Origin: Chitinophagaceae bacterium | GTDB taxonomy: Bacteria > Bacteroidota > Bacteroidia > Chitinophagales > Chitinophagaceae | Length of the DNA: 64,000 nt | Direction: 5' to 3' | Assembly (NCBI GenBank): GCA_033762195.1 | Contig: JANRLV010000150.1 | Coordinates: 30,064 to 94,063 of the forward strand | The notes under the pieces: model-generated | Told to the model about the DNA's origin: nothing | What the model saw: the letters and a program-made list of their open reading frames with translations, nothing else | Database searches by the model: none | Shown here: piece by piece, positions 37,530-46,945 of the stretch | Layout of the letters: the number at the start of each line of letters is the position of its first letter | How positions within the stretch are numbered: position 1 is the first letter of the stretch | Program-made: the position numbers and the translations under genes

Positions 37530-37985
37530 CTACGGAAGGAAATACTTCAGGAAACCGAAAATCGCCAGTATTTGAGTGATCCAGCATACAAACATCCATT
37601 TGTAGATATTCCCAAATTTCCCTTCAATAACGGTAAACCTTCTTTCGATTTCAACGAACTTATTATCAATACTCGTAAATCTCCTTTCGATTTCAACAAA
37701 CTTACCCTCAATAACAGTAAACCTGCTTTCGATATCAGCAAACCCCTTTTCCATCCTAACGGCTAGCTCATTATCTCGTTCCCGCGAAGCCGTTTCGGCC
37801 TCCCAGAAATCCTTTTTGGTCACTAAGAGTGAAATTCGATAATCCATTTCGGTAACTATTTTTTCATCGATAAATGAAACAAGGGTTTCGGTAGTTTCAA
37901 GTCCCAGCTTTGGCTCCAGGGAATCATAGAGTTTTTTCACAGTTCGCGACTTCATCGGATCAAGTTTAGTCAAAACTACTTTCAA
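37530..37985 (-). CDS. Tail-anchored coiled-coil protein with internal 11/14-aa tandem repeats (DUF1640-like)
   Basis: 'IESRFTVIEGKFVEIERRFTSIDNKFVEIERRFTVIEGKF' is followed by a C-terminal TM helix. The nucleotide repeat is visible at 37600..37750. Confidence 0.55.
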   Translation of the reverse strand: MKVVLTKLDPMKSRTVKKLYDSLEPKLGLETTETLVSFIDEKIVTEMDYRISLLVTKKDFWEAETASRERDNELAVRMEKGFADIESRFTVIEGKFVEIERRFTSIDNKFVEIERRFTVIEGKFGNIYKWMFVCWITQILAIFGFLKYFLP

Positions 37986-38136
37986 CCTAAATGCCTGACA
38001 AGGGCGGAAATACGAAGTCAGACAGGAGTTTATACGAAGGTGCCTGACCTTTCTCAGGTTTTTGGCTGACCCCCCTCATTTCCTTGCTCCCCTTTTCCGG
38101 CAATCTTTGTTCATTGCCGGATACCGGCGTCTTTTT

Positions 38137-40596
38137 ATGGAAGCGATTGAAACGATAGCCCCCCCAAAACCTCCGATTGCGCCCAAAAAGCCGGGCACCA
38201 AGGAAACTACCCATTGCTACCATTGTGGCGAAAAATGTGATCATTCCATTGCTATCGAAGACAAGTATTTCTGTTGCGAAGGGTGCAAATTTGTGTTTGA
38301 GCTCCTGCAGGAAAATGGCCTGTGTAACTATTATGACCTGAGCAACACACCGGGAATTAAAGTGAAGGGGAAATTCAGTTCTGACAAATTCGCCTATCTC
38401 GACAACCCGGACATTCAAAAGAAACTGCTGCGTTTTACCGACGGGAAACAAAGCCAGGTGAATTTTTACCTGCCTCAGATGCACTGCGCCTCCTGTATCT
38501 GGTTGCTGGAAAACCTTCACGCCATCCAGCCCGGTGTACTTCATTCCAAAACCAATTTTCAGCGCAAAGAAATATTCATTGCCTTTGATACCTCGGTTAC
38601 TTCCCTGCGAAAAGTAGTGGAACTACTGGCTTTTGTGGGATATGAACCCTATATCAGTTTTGATGACAATGAAAAGAAACGCACAAAAAAGGTCAACCGG
38701 CAAAAGATCTACCGGATCGGAGTAGCGGGCTTTAGCTTTAGCAATATCATGATGCTGATTTTTCCGGAGTATTTCTCCTCGGGAAATATCAGCGAAACCT
38801 ATCTGGTCCGCATTTTCAGCTACCTGAACCTCTTACTGGCCCTGCCCGTTTTCTTTTATAGCGCGTCTGAGTTCTTTGTTTCGGCTTATAAAGGGCTGCG
38901 CCAAAAATGGCTCAATATAGATGCCCCCATTGCGCTGGCTATCCTGGTCACTTTTTCGCGCAGTGTCTATGAGATCCTATCCGGCACTGGTGCGGGTTAT
39001 CTCGATTCCATGACCGGGGTGGTGTTGTTTATGTTGATAGGCCGCTGGTTCCAGGACAAGACCTATGATTCTTTTTCCTTTGACCGTGACTATAAATCTT
39101 ATTTCCCGCTTGGTGTTACCCTGGTAAAAGACGGGGTTGAAACGCCGGTCACCATCAGTGAGCTGAAGAAGGGCGACAGGGTCATCGTTCGGCATAATGA
39201 AATGGTTCCCGCCGATGGCATTTTGCTGGAAGGGGAAGCCAGTATCGATTATAGTTTTGTTTCGGGGGAGAATAACTTATCCATCAAACGCAAGGGCGAA
39301 CTGATTTATGCAGGAGCCACCCAATCAGGCGGATCTATCCTGATCGAAGTAGTCAATCCCGTTACACAGAGTTATATCACACAGCTATGGAACAACAACG
39401 ACGTATTCAACGGAGCGAAGCATGTAGAGAAATCATTTGTCCACCCCTGGAGCCGGTATTTCACCTGGACGCTTTTCACCGTAGCCGGAGTGGGGGCTAT
39501 TTATTGGGCGGTGGTGGATACCTCGAAGATCCTGCCGGCGGTAACGGCAGCCCTGATCGTGGCCTGCCCCTGTTCGCTGCTCCTCTCGGCCACATTCACT
39601 TTCGGGAATATGTTACGTCATTTTGGACGAAACAAACTCTACCTGAAAAATGCTTCGGTGATCGAATCGATCGCCAGGATTGATACGGTTGTATTTGATA
39701 AAACGGGGACCCTTACCCATACACAACAGGCGCGTATTGAATTTTTTGGAACCAACCCGGGTAAGCAACAGGAAAGGGCCATCTATTCACTCGCCAAACA
39801 ATCTGCCCACCCGCTGAGCCGGCTTTTGGCCAATCACCTTTTAGAGACAGGCACAGAGCCCATGGCCATTTCAGATTTTAAGGAATTGGCAGGAAAAGGG
39901 GTGGAGGGACGTATCGGCGATAATTTGATTCGATTGGGTTCTTCCTCCTTTGTACGGGGCACGGAAAAAGTAGCCGAACAAGGAACCAGTGAGGTATGGG
40001 TTTCCATTAATGATCAAGTGCTTGGCGCTTATAGCATCCATAACCGCTATCGGCCGGGAGTAAATAAAATGGCTTCCTGGTTTGAGTCACAAGGCTATGA
40101 TCTGCATGTTTTGTCGGGTGATAACGATGCAGAAAAGGAGAACCTTCAGCAAATATTCGGAAAGAATGCCTCGCTGGTATTCAACCAATCTCCCCAAAAT
40201 AAACTGGAATACATAAAGACCCTTCAATCAGGCAAACGAAAAGTGATGATGTTGGGGGATGGCCTCAATGATGCAGGAGCACTAAAGCAAAGTGATGTGG
40301 GAATTGCGGTCACAGAGAACAGCGGCCAGTTCACCCCTGCTTCGGATGCCATTTTGGATAGTAGTGAGATCAATAAAATGGATGGGTTTGTCCGTTATGC
40401 CCGTTCGGGAAAAGGTATCGTAACGATCGGGTTTGTGGTGTCCATCCTGTACAATTTCGTGGGACTCAGTTTTGCGGTGTCTGCCAACCTTTCACCACTT
40501 GTTGCCGCCATCCTGATGCCGGTCAGCACCATCACGATCGTGGCCATCGCCGGTGTAGCCAGTTCCATTGTTGCACGTAAAACCCTGGGCAACTGA
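38137..40596 (+). CDS. ccoI: Heavy-metal (copper) translocating P1B-type ATPase, CcoI/FixI-like
   Basis: Motifs 'CPC' (VACPCSLLL), 'DKTGTLT' and 'GDGLNDAGAL' are present, with N-terminal Cys pairs 'CYHCGEKC' and 'CCEGC'. It lies upstream of ccoS/ccoN. The start was chosen at the ATG at 38137. Confidence 0.9.
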   Translation: MEAIETIAPPKPPIAPKKPGTKETTHCYHCGEKCDHSIAIEDKYFCCEGCKFVFELLQENGLCNYYDLSNTPGIKVKGKFSSDKFAYLDNPDIQKKLLRFTDGKQSQVNFYLPQMHCASCIWLLENLHAIQPGVLHSKTNFQRKEIFIAFDTSVTSLRKVVELLAFVGYEPYISFDDNEKKRTKKVNRQKIYRIGVAGFSFSNIMMLIFPEYFSSGNISETYLVRIFSYLNLLLALPVFFYSASEFFVSAYKGLRQKWLNIDAPIALAILVTFSRSVYEILSGTGAGYLDSMTGVVLFMLIGRWFQDKTYDSFSFDRDYKSYFPLGVTLVKDGVETPVTISELKKGDRVIVRHNEMVPADGILLEGEASIDYSFVSGENNLSIKRKGELIYAGATQSGGSILIEVVNPVTQSYITQLWNNNDVFNGAKHVEKSFVHPWSRYFTWTLFTVAGVGAIYWAVVDTSKILPAVTAALIVACPCSLLLSATFTFGNMLRHFGRNKLYLKNASVIESIARIDTVVFDKTGTLTHTQQARIEFFGTNPGKQQERAIYSLAKQSAHPLSRLLANHLLETGTEPMAISDFKELAGKGVEGRIGDNLIRLGSSSFVRGTEKVAEQGTSEVWVSINDQVLGAYSIHNRYRPGVNKMASWFESQGYDLHVLSGDNDAEKENLQQIFGKNASLVFNQSPQNKLEYIKTLQSGKRKVMMLGDGLNDAGALKQSDVGIAVTENSGQFTPASDAILDSSEINKMDGFVRYARSGKGIVTIGFVVSILYNFVGLSFAVSANLSPLVAAILMPVSTITIVAIAGVASSIVARKTLGN

Positions 40597-40675
40597 CCAT
40601 CCTCATAGAATTGTCTGATAATTGTCATAAACCCCCTGTAGGTATCAAAATACATTTGTGTCCAATTGAATAAAA

Positions 40676-40840
40676 ATGAGCGTGTTAGTCATCCTTATCG
40701 CATTGAGTATCATCGTCGCAGGGATTTTTCTCTTTGCCTTTATCCTATCGGTGAAGAGAGGTCAGTTTGATGATGATTATACCCCTTCGGTGCGTATGCT
40801 GTTTGATGATCCCCCCGCTATTAAAGAAGAAACCGTTTAA
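40676..40840 (+). CDS. ccoS: cbb3-type cytochrome oxidase maturation protein CcoS (54 aa; below the ORF-track cutoff)
   Basis: My own translation is MSVLVILIALSIIVAGIFLFAFILSVKRGQFDDDYTPSVRMLFDD... A single TM helix followed by 'GQFDD' is typical of CcoS/FixS. Confidence 0.8.
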   Translation: MSVLVILIALSIIVAGIFLFAFILSVKRGQFDDDYTPSVRMLFDDPPAIKEETV

Positions 40841-40859
40841 TAAACCAAAACAATCATAC

Positions 40860-42995
40860 ATGCAACTGGAAAAGTTTAGTTACGACAATAAAATAGTGCG
40901 CAATTTCGCGATTGCCACTATTGTTTGGGGTGTTGTAGGTATGTTGGTCGGTCTCTGGGTGGCCTTTCAGTTGGTATTTCCCAAAGAACTGAACCTTCAG
41001 CCCTACTTCAACTTTGGTCGCCTGAGACCTCTCCACACCAATGCGGTGATCTTCGCGTTTGTGGGGAATGGTATTTTCATGGGTGTTTATTATTCGCTAC
41101 AACGCTTGCTGAAAACAAGAATGGCCAGTGATCTGCTGGGTAAGATCCATTTCTGGGGCTGGCAGTTGATCATTGTAGCAGCAGCCATTACGCTTCCCCT
41201 GGGTATTACTACCAGTAAGGAATATGCGGAACTGGAGTGGCCGATTGATATTGCCATCGCTGTTATCTGGGTAGTTTTTGGATGGAACATGTTTGCCACC
41301 ATCCTGAAGCGCCGCGAGAGACACCTGTATGTAGCCATCTGGTTCTATATAGCCACATTCGTAACTGTTGCAGTTCTTCATATTGTGAACTCTTTTGAGT
41401 TGCCCATCAGTTTCCTGAAAAGTTATTCCTGGTATGCTGGTGTACAAGATGCGCTGGTACAATGGTGGTATGGTCACAATGCCGTGGCTTTCTTCCTGAC
41501 CACACCTTACCTGGGACTGATGTACTACTTTATGCCAAAGGCGGCCAATCGCCCGGTATTCTCGTATCGTCTTTCCATTATTCACTTCTGGGCGCTCATC
41601 TTCATTTATATCTGGGCAGGCCCTCACCACTTGTTATATACTTCATTGCCTAACTGGGCACAGTCACTCGGTATCGTATTCTCCTTTACCCTCATTTTCC
41701 CCAGCTGGGGTGGTATGATCAATGGTTTGCTTACGCTGCGCGGTGCCTGGGATAAAGTGAGAGAAGATGTGATCCTGAAATTCATGGTGGTAGCCGTAAC
41801 CGCTTATGGTATGTCCACTTTTGAAGGACCGATGCTGTCGCTCAAGACTATCAATGCCATCAGCCACTTTACCGACTGGACCATTGCCCACGTACACGTG
41901 GGTGGTTTGGGTTGGAATGGTATGCTGACCTTTGGTATCCTGTACTGGTTGATCCCCCGTATTTTCAATACACAACTGTACTCAAAACGCCTGGCCAATA
42001 TCCACTTCTGGATCGGCACACTGGGTATCCTGTTCTACGCGGTACCTATGTATTGGGCCGGTTTCACACAGGCATCCATGTGGAAACAGTTCACTGAAAC
42101 AGGTCAATTGAAATATCAATTCCTGGAAACTGTTACTTACCTGAAACCCTTCCTCGCTACCCGTGGTTTTGGTGGTGCGCTCTTCCTGGCTGGTGCGATC
42201 ATCATGATGTACAACCTGTTCATGACCATCAAACAAGGTAAGCTGGTAGCCAATGAAGAAGCCGAAGCGCCTGCACTGGAAAAAGTTTATCACAAACATG
42301 GAAGTGAACACTGGCACCGTTGGATCGAGCGCAAGCCCGTACAATTCCTGGTACTGTCACTGGTAGTGATCCTGATCGGAGGTATCGTTGAAATGGTGCC
42401 CACCTTCCTGGTGAAATCCAATATTCCCACGATCGCTAGTGTAAAACCCTATACCCCGCTTGAGTTACAAGGACGTGATATCTATGTGCGGGAAGGTTGC
42501 TATCTCTGTCACTCGCAAATGATCCGGCCTTTCCGTTCGGAAACCGAACGGTATGGAGAATATTCCAAAGCCGGCGAGTTTGTATATGACCACCCCTTCC
42601 AATGGGGATCAAAACGGACAGGTCCCGATCTGCAAAGAGAAGGAACAGGGAACAATAAGAAATCCGATCTGTGGCATTTCAATCATATGGATGATCCGCA
42701 AGCGATCAGCCCCGGATCCATCATGCCCAGCTATTCTTTCATGATCGACAAGAATTTGGATACCTCTACGACCGCCGCTAAGATCAGGGCCATGCAAACC
42801 CTGGGTGTACCGTATGAGAAAGGATATGATCAAATCGCGAACATGGAACTGATGGAGCAAGCCAGCCGGATTGCCGGTAACCTGGCCAAAGACAGTGTGA
42901 ATGTTCCGGCCAATCGTGAGATCATTGCCATAATCGCTTATTTGCAACGCCTCGGAACTGATATTGAAAAAGGTAAAATAGCCGAAAACCAATAA
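40860..42995 (+). CDS. ccoN: cbb3-type cytochrome c oxidase, fused subunits I and II (CcoN-CcoO)
   Basis: The N-terminal part is a 12-TM HCO domain. The C-terminal part has 'GRDIYVREGCYLCHSQMIRP', the monohaem CcoO motif. The start was chosen at the ATG at 40860, after ccoS. Confidence 0.92.
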   Translation: MQLEKFSYDNKIVRNFAIATIVWGVVGMLVGLWVAFQLVFPKELNLQPYFNFGRLRPLHTNAVIFAFVGNGIFMGVYYSLQRLLKTRMASDLLGKIHFWGWQLIIVAAAITLPLGITTSKEYAELEWPIDIAIAVIWVVFGWNMFATILKRRERHLYVAIWFYIATFVTVAVLHIVNSFELPISFLKSYSWYAGVQDALVQWWYGHNAVAFFLTTPYLGLMYYFMPKAANRPVFSYRLSIIHFWALIFIYIWAGPHHLLYTSLPNWAQSLGIVFSFTLIFPSWGGMINGLLTLRGAWDKVREDVILKFMVVAVTAYGMSTFEGPMLSLKTINAISHFTDWTIAHVHVGGLGWNGMLTFGILYWLIPRIFNTQLYSKRLANIHFWIGTLGILFYAVPMYWAGFTQASMWKQFTETGQLKYQFLETVTYLKPFLATRGFGGALFLAGAIIMMYNLFMTIKQGKLVANEEAEAPALEKVYHKHGSEHWHRWIERKPVQFLVLSLVVILIGGIVEMVPTFLVKSNIPTIASVKPYTPLELQGRDIYVREGCYLCHSQMIRPFRSETERYGEYSKAGEFVYDHPFQWGSKRTGPDLQREGTGNNKKSDLWHFNHMDDPQAISPGSIMPSYSFMIDKNLDTSTTAAKIRAMQTLGVPYEKGYDQIANMELMEQASRIAGNLAKDSVNVPANREIIAIIAYLQRLGTDIEKGKIAENQ

Positions 42996-43005
42996 AAACA
43001 AGATC

Positions 43006-43221
43006 ATGCTGAAATACATCAGGCAATATGCAGAAACCATCAGCGGGATAGAGATCTATCCCATGATCTCCCTCTTGATCTTTGTCCTTTTCTTTATCGC
43101 CGTTCTTTACTATGTAAAGAAAATGGATAAGAAATATGTGGACGAGGTGAGTAACCTGCCACTGGAGGACGACGGGGCAACGGATGAAAAAAACCCTTTC
43201 CAAAATCTTAAACATGCTTAA
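43006..43221 (+). CDS. CcoQ/FixQ-like small membrane protein
   Basis: A 71-aa protein with a single TM helix, located between ccoNO and ccoP. Confidence 0.6.
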   Translation: MLKYIRQYAETISGIEIYPMISLLIFVLFFIAVLYYVKKMDKKYVDEVSNLPLEDDGATDEKNPFQNLKHA

Positions 43222-43223
43222 GG

Positions 43224-44150
43224 ATGAGACAGATTATCAGAAATAAAAAACTGCTTTTTACGATAGCTGCCCTCACCGGGTTCAGCACCTTTGGATGGGC
43301 ACAGGACGCTGCCCCAACAACAAGCAACGCCAGCATTTCCAATGATACCTTTCTTTTGATCATCATCGGATTACTCTTGTTTATCTTATTGGTCATGGCC
43401 GTGATCATGAACAACATGAGCAAAGTAATGCGTGAGGTAAAGAAGGGAGGCAACTATGTTAAGCAACCCAGTGGCATTACCTCTTTCTGGAATATGCTGG
43501 ATAAGAAGTTCTTTACCCGCGCTGTACCTGTAGAGAGAGAAGCCGACGTGATGCTTGATCATGATTATGATGGCATCAAAGAATTGGACAATGCCCTGCC
43601 ACCCTGGTGGAAATGGGGTTTTTATATCACCCTGATACTGGCGGTGTTCTATATCCTGCGTTTTCATGTTTGGAAAACAGGACCCGATCCCATTCAGGAA
43701 TACAATGCCGAACTGGCCTATGCCGCCAAACAAGCAGAAGCCTTCCGGGCTAAAGCGGGTGAACAGGTAGATGAAAAAACTGTTACACTTGCGGATGCTG
43801 CAGGTATCGCTACCGGTAAGACCAAATTCCTTCAAACTTGTTCTGTTTGTCATGGACAAAATGGAGAGGGTGGTGTAGGACCAAACCTGACCGATAATTA
43901 TTGGTTGCATGGCGGTACCATCAATGATATCTTTAAGACCATCAAGTATGGTGTTCCTGAAAAAGGAATGCAATCCTGGGAAAAAGCATTTTCACCGGCC
44001 GACATTAAGAATCTGTCCAGTTATGTAAAATCACTGGTGGGTACAACTGTCGCTAATGGAAAAGCACCTCAGGGTAATCTTTTTACAGAAGGAGCCCCTG
44101 CTGCTGATACCACCAATATGGCACCAAAAGATACAGCCGCCGTTAAATAA
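43224..44150 (+). CDS. ccoP: cbb3-type cytochrome c oxidase subunit CcoP-like (FixP N-terminal domain, single CxxCH)
   Basis: It has the 'DHDYDGIKELDNALPPWW' FixP_N motif and one haem motif 'CSVCHG'. Confidence 0.85.
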   Translation: MRQIIRNKKLLFTIAALTGFSTFGWAQDAAPTTSNASISNDTFLLIIIGLLLFILLVMAVIMNNMSKVMREVKKGGNYVKQPSGITSFWNMLDKKFFTRAVPVEREADVMLDHDYDGIKELDNALPPWWKWGFYITLILAVFYILRFHVWKTGPDPIQEYNAELAYAAKQAEAFRAKAGEQVDEKTVTLADAAGIATGKTKFLQTCSVCHGQNGEGGVGPNLTDNYWLHGGTINDIFKTIKYGVPEKGMQSWEKAFSPADIKNLSSYVKSLVGTTVANGKAPQGNLFTEGAPAADTTNMAPKDTAAVK

Positions 44151-44210
44151 AAGGCGCGCTATGTGATCAAGGTAACCGAACTCCTTACGGGGTTCGTTTA
44201 CCTTGAGTAA

Positions 44211-45686
44211 ATGAAAAGTGACATGAACAATTCCGACGAAACGAAGACCCCAGGTGTCGAATTCAATTTCGATGACGAAGCCACGAGTAAAAAGGAATTA
44301 CTCGACCAGTCATTCAGGGATTCGGTAGCAACGATCGACAAAGAAGGGAAGCGAAATTATATCCTTCCTAAAAAGCCCAAGGGTAAACTTTACAATTGGC
44401 GAACAATAGCCTCTGTTGTTTACCTGGTTGTGTTTTTCACCCTCCCCTTTATCAAGGTAGATGGGCAGCCCTTCTTCATGTTCAATGTACTGGAGCGTAA
44501 GTTTATATTCTTTGGACAGGTTTTCTGGCCACAGGATTTTTTCATTTTCGCTATCGGCCTGCTCACCTTTATGGTCTTTATCATCCTCTTCACTGTGGTA
44601 TTTGGCCGCGTGTTCTGTGGATGGGCCTGCCCGCAGACCATTTTTATGGAAATGGTCTTCCGCAAAATTGAATATTGGTTGGATGGCGATTCGACCGAGC
44701 AACGGAAGTTGAGAGAAATGCCCTGGAACGGTTACAAGATCCGGAAGCGGGTGACCAAAATGATCGTCTTCTTTGCTATCTCCTTTGTCATCGCTAATTT
44801 TTTCCTGGCCTACCTGATCGGAATGGATAGTGTGCTGGCCATGGTAAAAGAAGGTGTGGCCGCCAACATGGGAACATTTATTTCTTTGTTGGGTTTTACG
44901 AGTGTTTTCTTCTTTGTTTATTATTGGTTTCGCGAGCAAGCCTGTATTGTCGTTTGCCCCTATGGCCGATTACAAGGCGTTTTGTTGGATAAAAAATCAA
45001 TTGTAGTTGCTTATGATTATGTTCGGGGCGAACCAAGAGGCAAAGTAAAAAAGGCCGAACCCGAATTGGCACCCAAAGGCGATTGTATCGATTGTGCCGC
45101 TTGTGTACGCGTTTGCCCGACTGGGATAGATATTCGAAATGGCACCCAGCTCGAGTGTGTGAACTGCACAGCGTGTATTGATGCCTGTGATGAGATCATG
45201 GTGAAAGTAAACAAGCCAACCGGGCTTATCCGCTATGAATCGGAAGAGAATATTGCGCATAGCCGAAAGACCAAGTTCAACTGGCGTATTGCCGGTTATT
45301 CCACGGTACTTCTTGTATTAATATCTGTGTTATCCATTCTGATCATTACACGGGATGATGTGGATGCGCGTATTTTACGTACCGCCGGACAAATGTTTAC
45401 GCGTGACCAGGATGGGCGTATCAGTAATATCTACAATATCAAGCTGGCCAATAAGACCCATAACGATATTCCTATGACGCTTAAGCTGGAGAATATTAAA
45501 GGAGAGATCACAGTGGTGGGCAAGAACCTGGTCGTACCCAAAGAGTCATATTTCCAAACACCGTTCTTTGTCAAGATCGATCGGAGTTTGATCACCCGTC
45601 GAAAGACACCGATTGTTCTGGGCGTATATGAAGGCGATAAAAAGATCAAGACCGTGAATACAACATTCCTGGGTCCTGGTTTTTGA
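44211..45686 (+). CDS. ccoG: Cytochrome c oxidase accessory protein CcoG (4Fe-4S, membrane)
   Basis: Motifs 'FCGWACPQ', 'CIDCAACVRVCP' and 'CVNCTACIDACD' are present, with a C-terminal Ig-like domain. Confidence 0.9.
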   Translation: MKSDMNNSDETKTPGVEFNFDDEATSKKELLDQSFRDSVATIDKEGKRNYILPKKPKGKLYNWRTIASVVYLVVFFTLPFIKVDGQPFFMFNVLERKFIFFGQVFWPQDFFIFAIGLLTFMVFIILFTVVFGRVFCGWACPQTIFMEMVFRKIEYWLDGDSTEQRKLREMPWNGYKIRKRVTKMIVFFAISFVIANFFLAYLIGMDSVLAMVKEGVAANMGTFISLLGFTSVFFFVYYWFREQACIVVCPYGRLQGVLLDKKSIVVAYDYVRGEPRGKVKKAEPELAPKGDCIDCAACVRVCPTGIDIRNGTQLECVNCTACIDACDEIMVKVNKPTGLIRYESEENIAHSRKTKFNWRIAGYSTVLLVLISVLSILIITRDDVDARILRTAGQMFTRDQDGRISNIYNIKLANKTHNDIPMTLKLENIKGEITVVGKNLVVPKESYFQTPFFVKIDRSLITRRKTPIVLGVYEGDKKIKTVNTTFLGPGF

Positions 45687-45712
45687 TCCAGTCACATTAA
45701 AAACGAAACACC

Positions 45713-46150
45713 ATGCGCATCAGTTGGGGCTACAAAATTCTGGCACTTTATCTCTGCTTTGTTGCCGGGATACTTTTCCTGGTCTTTAAGGCCAGCAAAG
45801 AGAACTACGACCTGGTGACCAAGAATTATTATGAGGCAGAACTCAAATACCAGGATGTAATTGACCGAAAAGCCAATACAGCCCGGTTATCTGCACCGGT
45901 TCGTATCGAAAATAGCAAAACAAAGATCCGGGTGGAATTCCCTGCTGATTTTAACAATAAGGCCATTACCGGTGATGCCTACCTCTATTGTCCATCTGAT
46001 GCACGTAAGGATATCCGCCGTCCGATCGATAGCAAGGACCTCGCTTTTGAGTGGATCATTCCCGGTACGCCTTCAGGACTCTATGAATTGAAGCTGAGTT
46101 GGACGAGTGATGGGGTGGAGTACTATAAAGAGGAGAAAGTATTCTTTTAG
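45713..46150 (+). CDS. FixH family protein
   Basis: It has an N-terminal TM helix, is about 145 aa and sits after ccoG. Confidence 0.7.
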   Translation: MRISWGYKILALYLCFVAGILFLVFKASKENYDLVTKNYYEAELKYQDVIDRKANTARLSAPVRIENSKTKIRVEFPADFNNKAITGDAYLYCPSDARKDIRRPIDSKDLAFEWIIPGTPSGLYELKLSWTSDGVEYYKEEKVFF

Positions 46151-46205
46151 TGTAATTGCGTACAGCTAATGACGCTTCGTTATTGTTCAGTTAGCATATC
46201 AAATT

Positions 46206-46916
46206 TTGTCCATTCTCGAAATCATATCTGCCGCGTTCCTGATGGGGCTTGTTGGAAGCCTCCATTGTGTAGGCATGTGCGGACCATTGGCCCTTGCATT
46301 GCCCGTTTCACATGCCAATGATGGGAACAGGTTATTGGGCGGATTGGTCTATAATTCCGGCAGGATTATTACCTATGGGGTCATGGGTGTGGTATTGGGT
46401 TTGGCGGGACAGTTTCTTTTACCCGTGACATGGTTACAGACCTTGTCGATCGTGTTTGGTGTGATCATCTTGCTGTATCTTTTTTTACCGGTAAAAAAGA
46501 TCACGGGTTCAGTTTCTTTTCTTTCCACATTGAATAAACCCTTTCTGGCCTTGCGTCACGCAATGGGTAGATTGTTTACCCGGCAAAAATTCAGTTCACT
46601 TTTCTCCATTGGGTTGTTGAATGGCCTGTTGCCCTGCGGACTTGTTTACCTCGCTATTTCTTCTTCCTTTATTACCGGGAACGCGTGGAAGGGAGGGTTG
46701 TTTATGATATTCTTCGGCCTGGGGACCTTGCCTTTGATGCTGGCCACAGTTTTCTTTGGGAGTTATATGAACCAGCAGATCCGCTCCAGGCTTCGCCGCG
46801 CAGTGCCTGTCTTTCTGTTTGTAATGGCGACCCTTTTAATCTTACGCGGTATGGGACTTGGTATTCCCTATGTGAGCCCGGCCTTTCATCAGCCGGAAGC
46901 TGTGGGGTGCCATTAA
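46206..46916 (+). CDS. TauE/SafE (DsbD_2-like) family membrane protein (TTG start)
   Basis: It has the 'GSLHCVGMCGP' motif and 6 TM helices. It is the usual last gene of Bacteroidota cco clusters. Confidence 0.7.
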   Translation: MSILEIISAAFLMGLVGSLHCVGMCGPLALALPVSHANDGNRLLGGLVYNSGRIITYGVMGVVLGLAGQFLLPVTWLQTLSIVFGVIILLYLFLPVKKITGSVSFLSTLNKPFLALRHAMGRLFTRQKFSSLFSIGLLNGLLPCGLVYLAISSSFITGNAWKGGLFMIFFGLGTLPLMLATVFFGSYMNQQIRSRLRRAVPVFLFVMATLLILRGMGLGIPYVSPAFHQPEAVGCH

Positions 46917-46945
46917 GATTTCACCGCTGTTCGTATCTTCATTCT

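Noticed and set aside
37987-38544. 185-aa minus-strand ORF overlapping the 5' end of the P-type ATPase gene
   Set aside because: It has no recognisable family and overlaps the metal-binding N-terminus of ccoI, which has a clear coding signature on the + strand.
43386-44939. Minus-strand ORFs of 195 aa (43386..43973) and 209 aa (44310..44939)
   Set aside because: They are antisense to ccoP and ccoG and have no motifs.
46685-46945. N-terminal extension of the MGMT-family ORF (ORF-track start 46685)
   Set aside because: The extension overlaps the TauE-like gene in another frame and is Pro/Cys-rich nonsense. The conserved domain begins just after the ATG at 46946.
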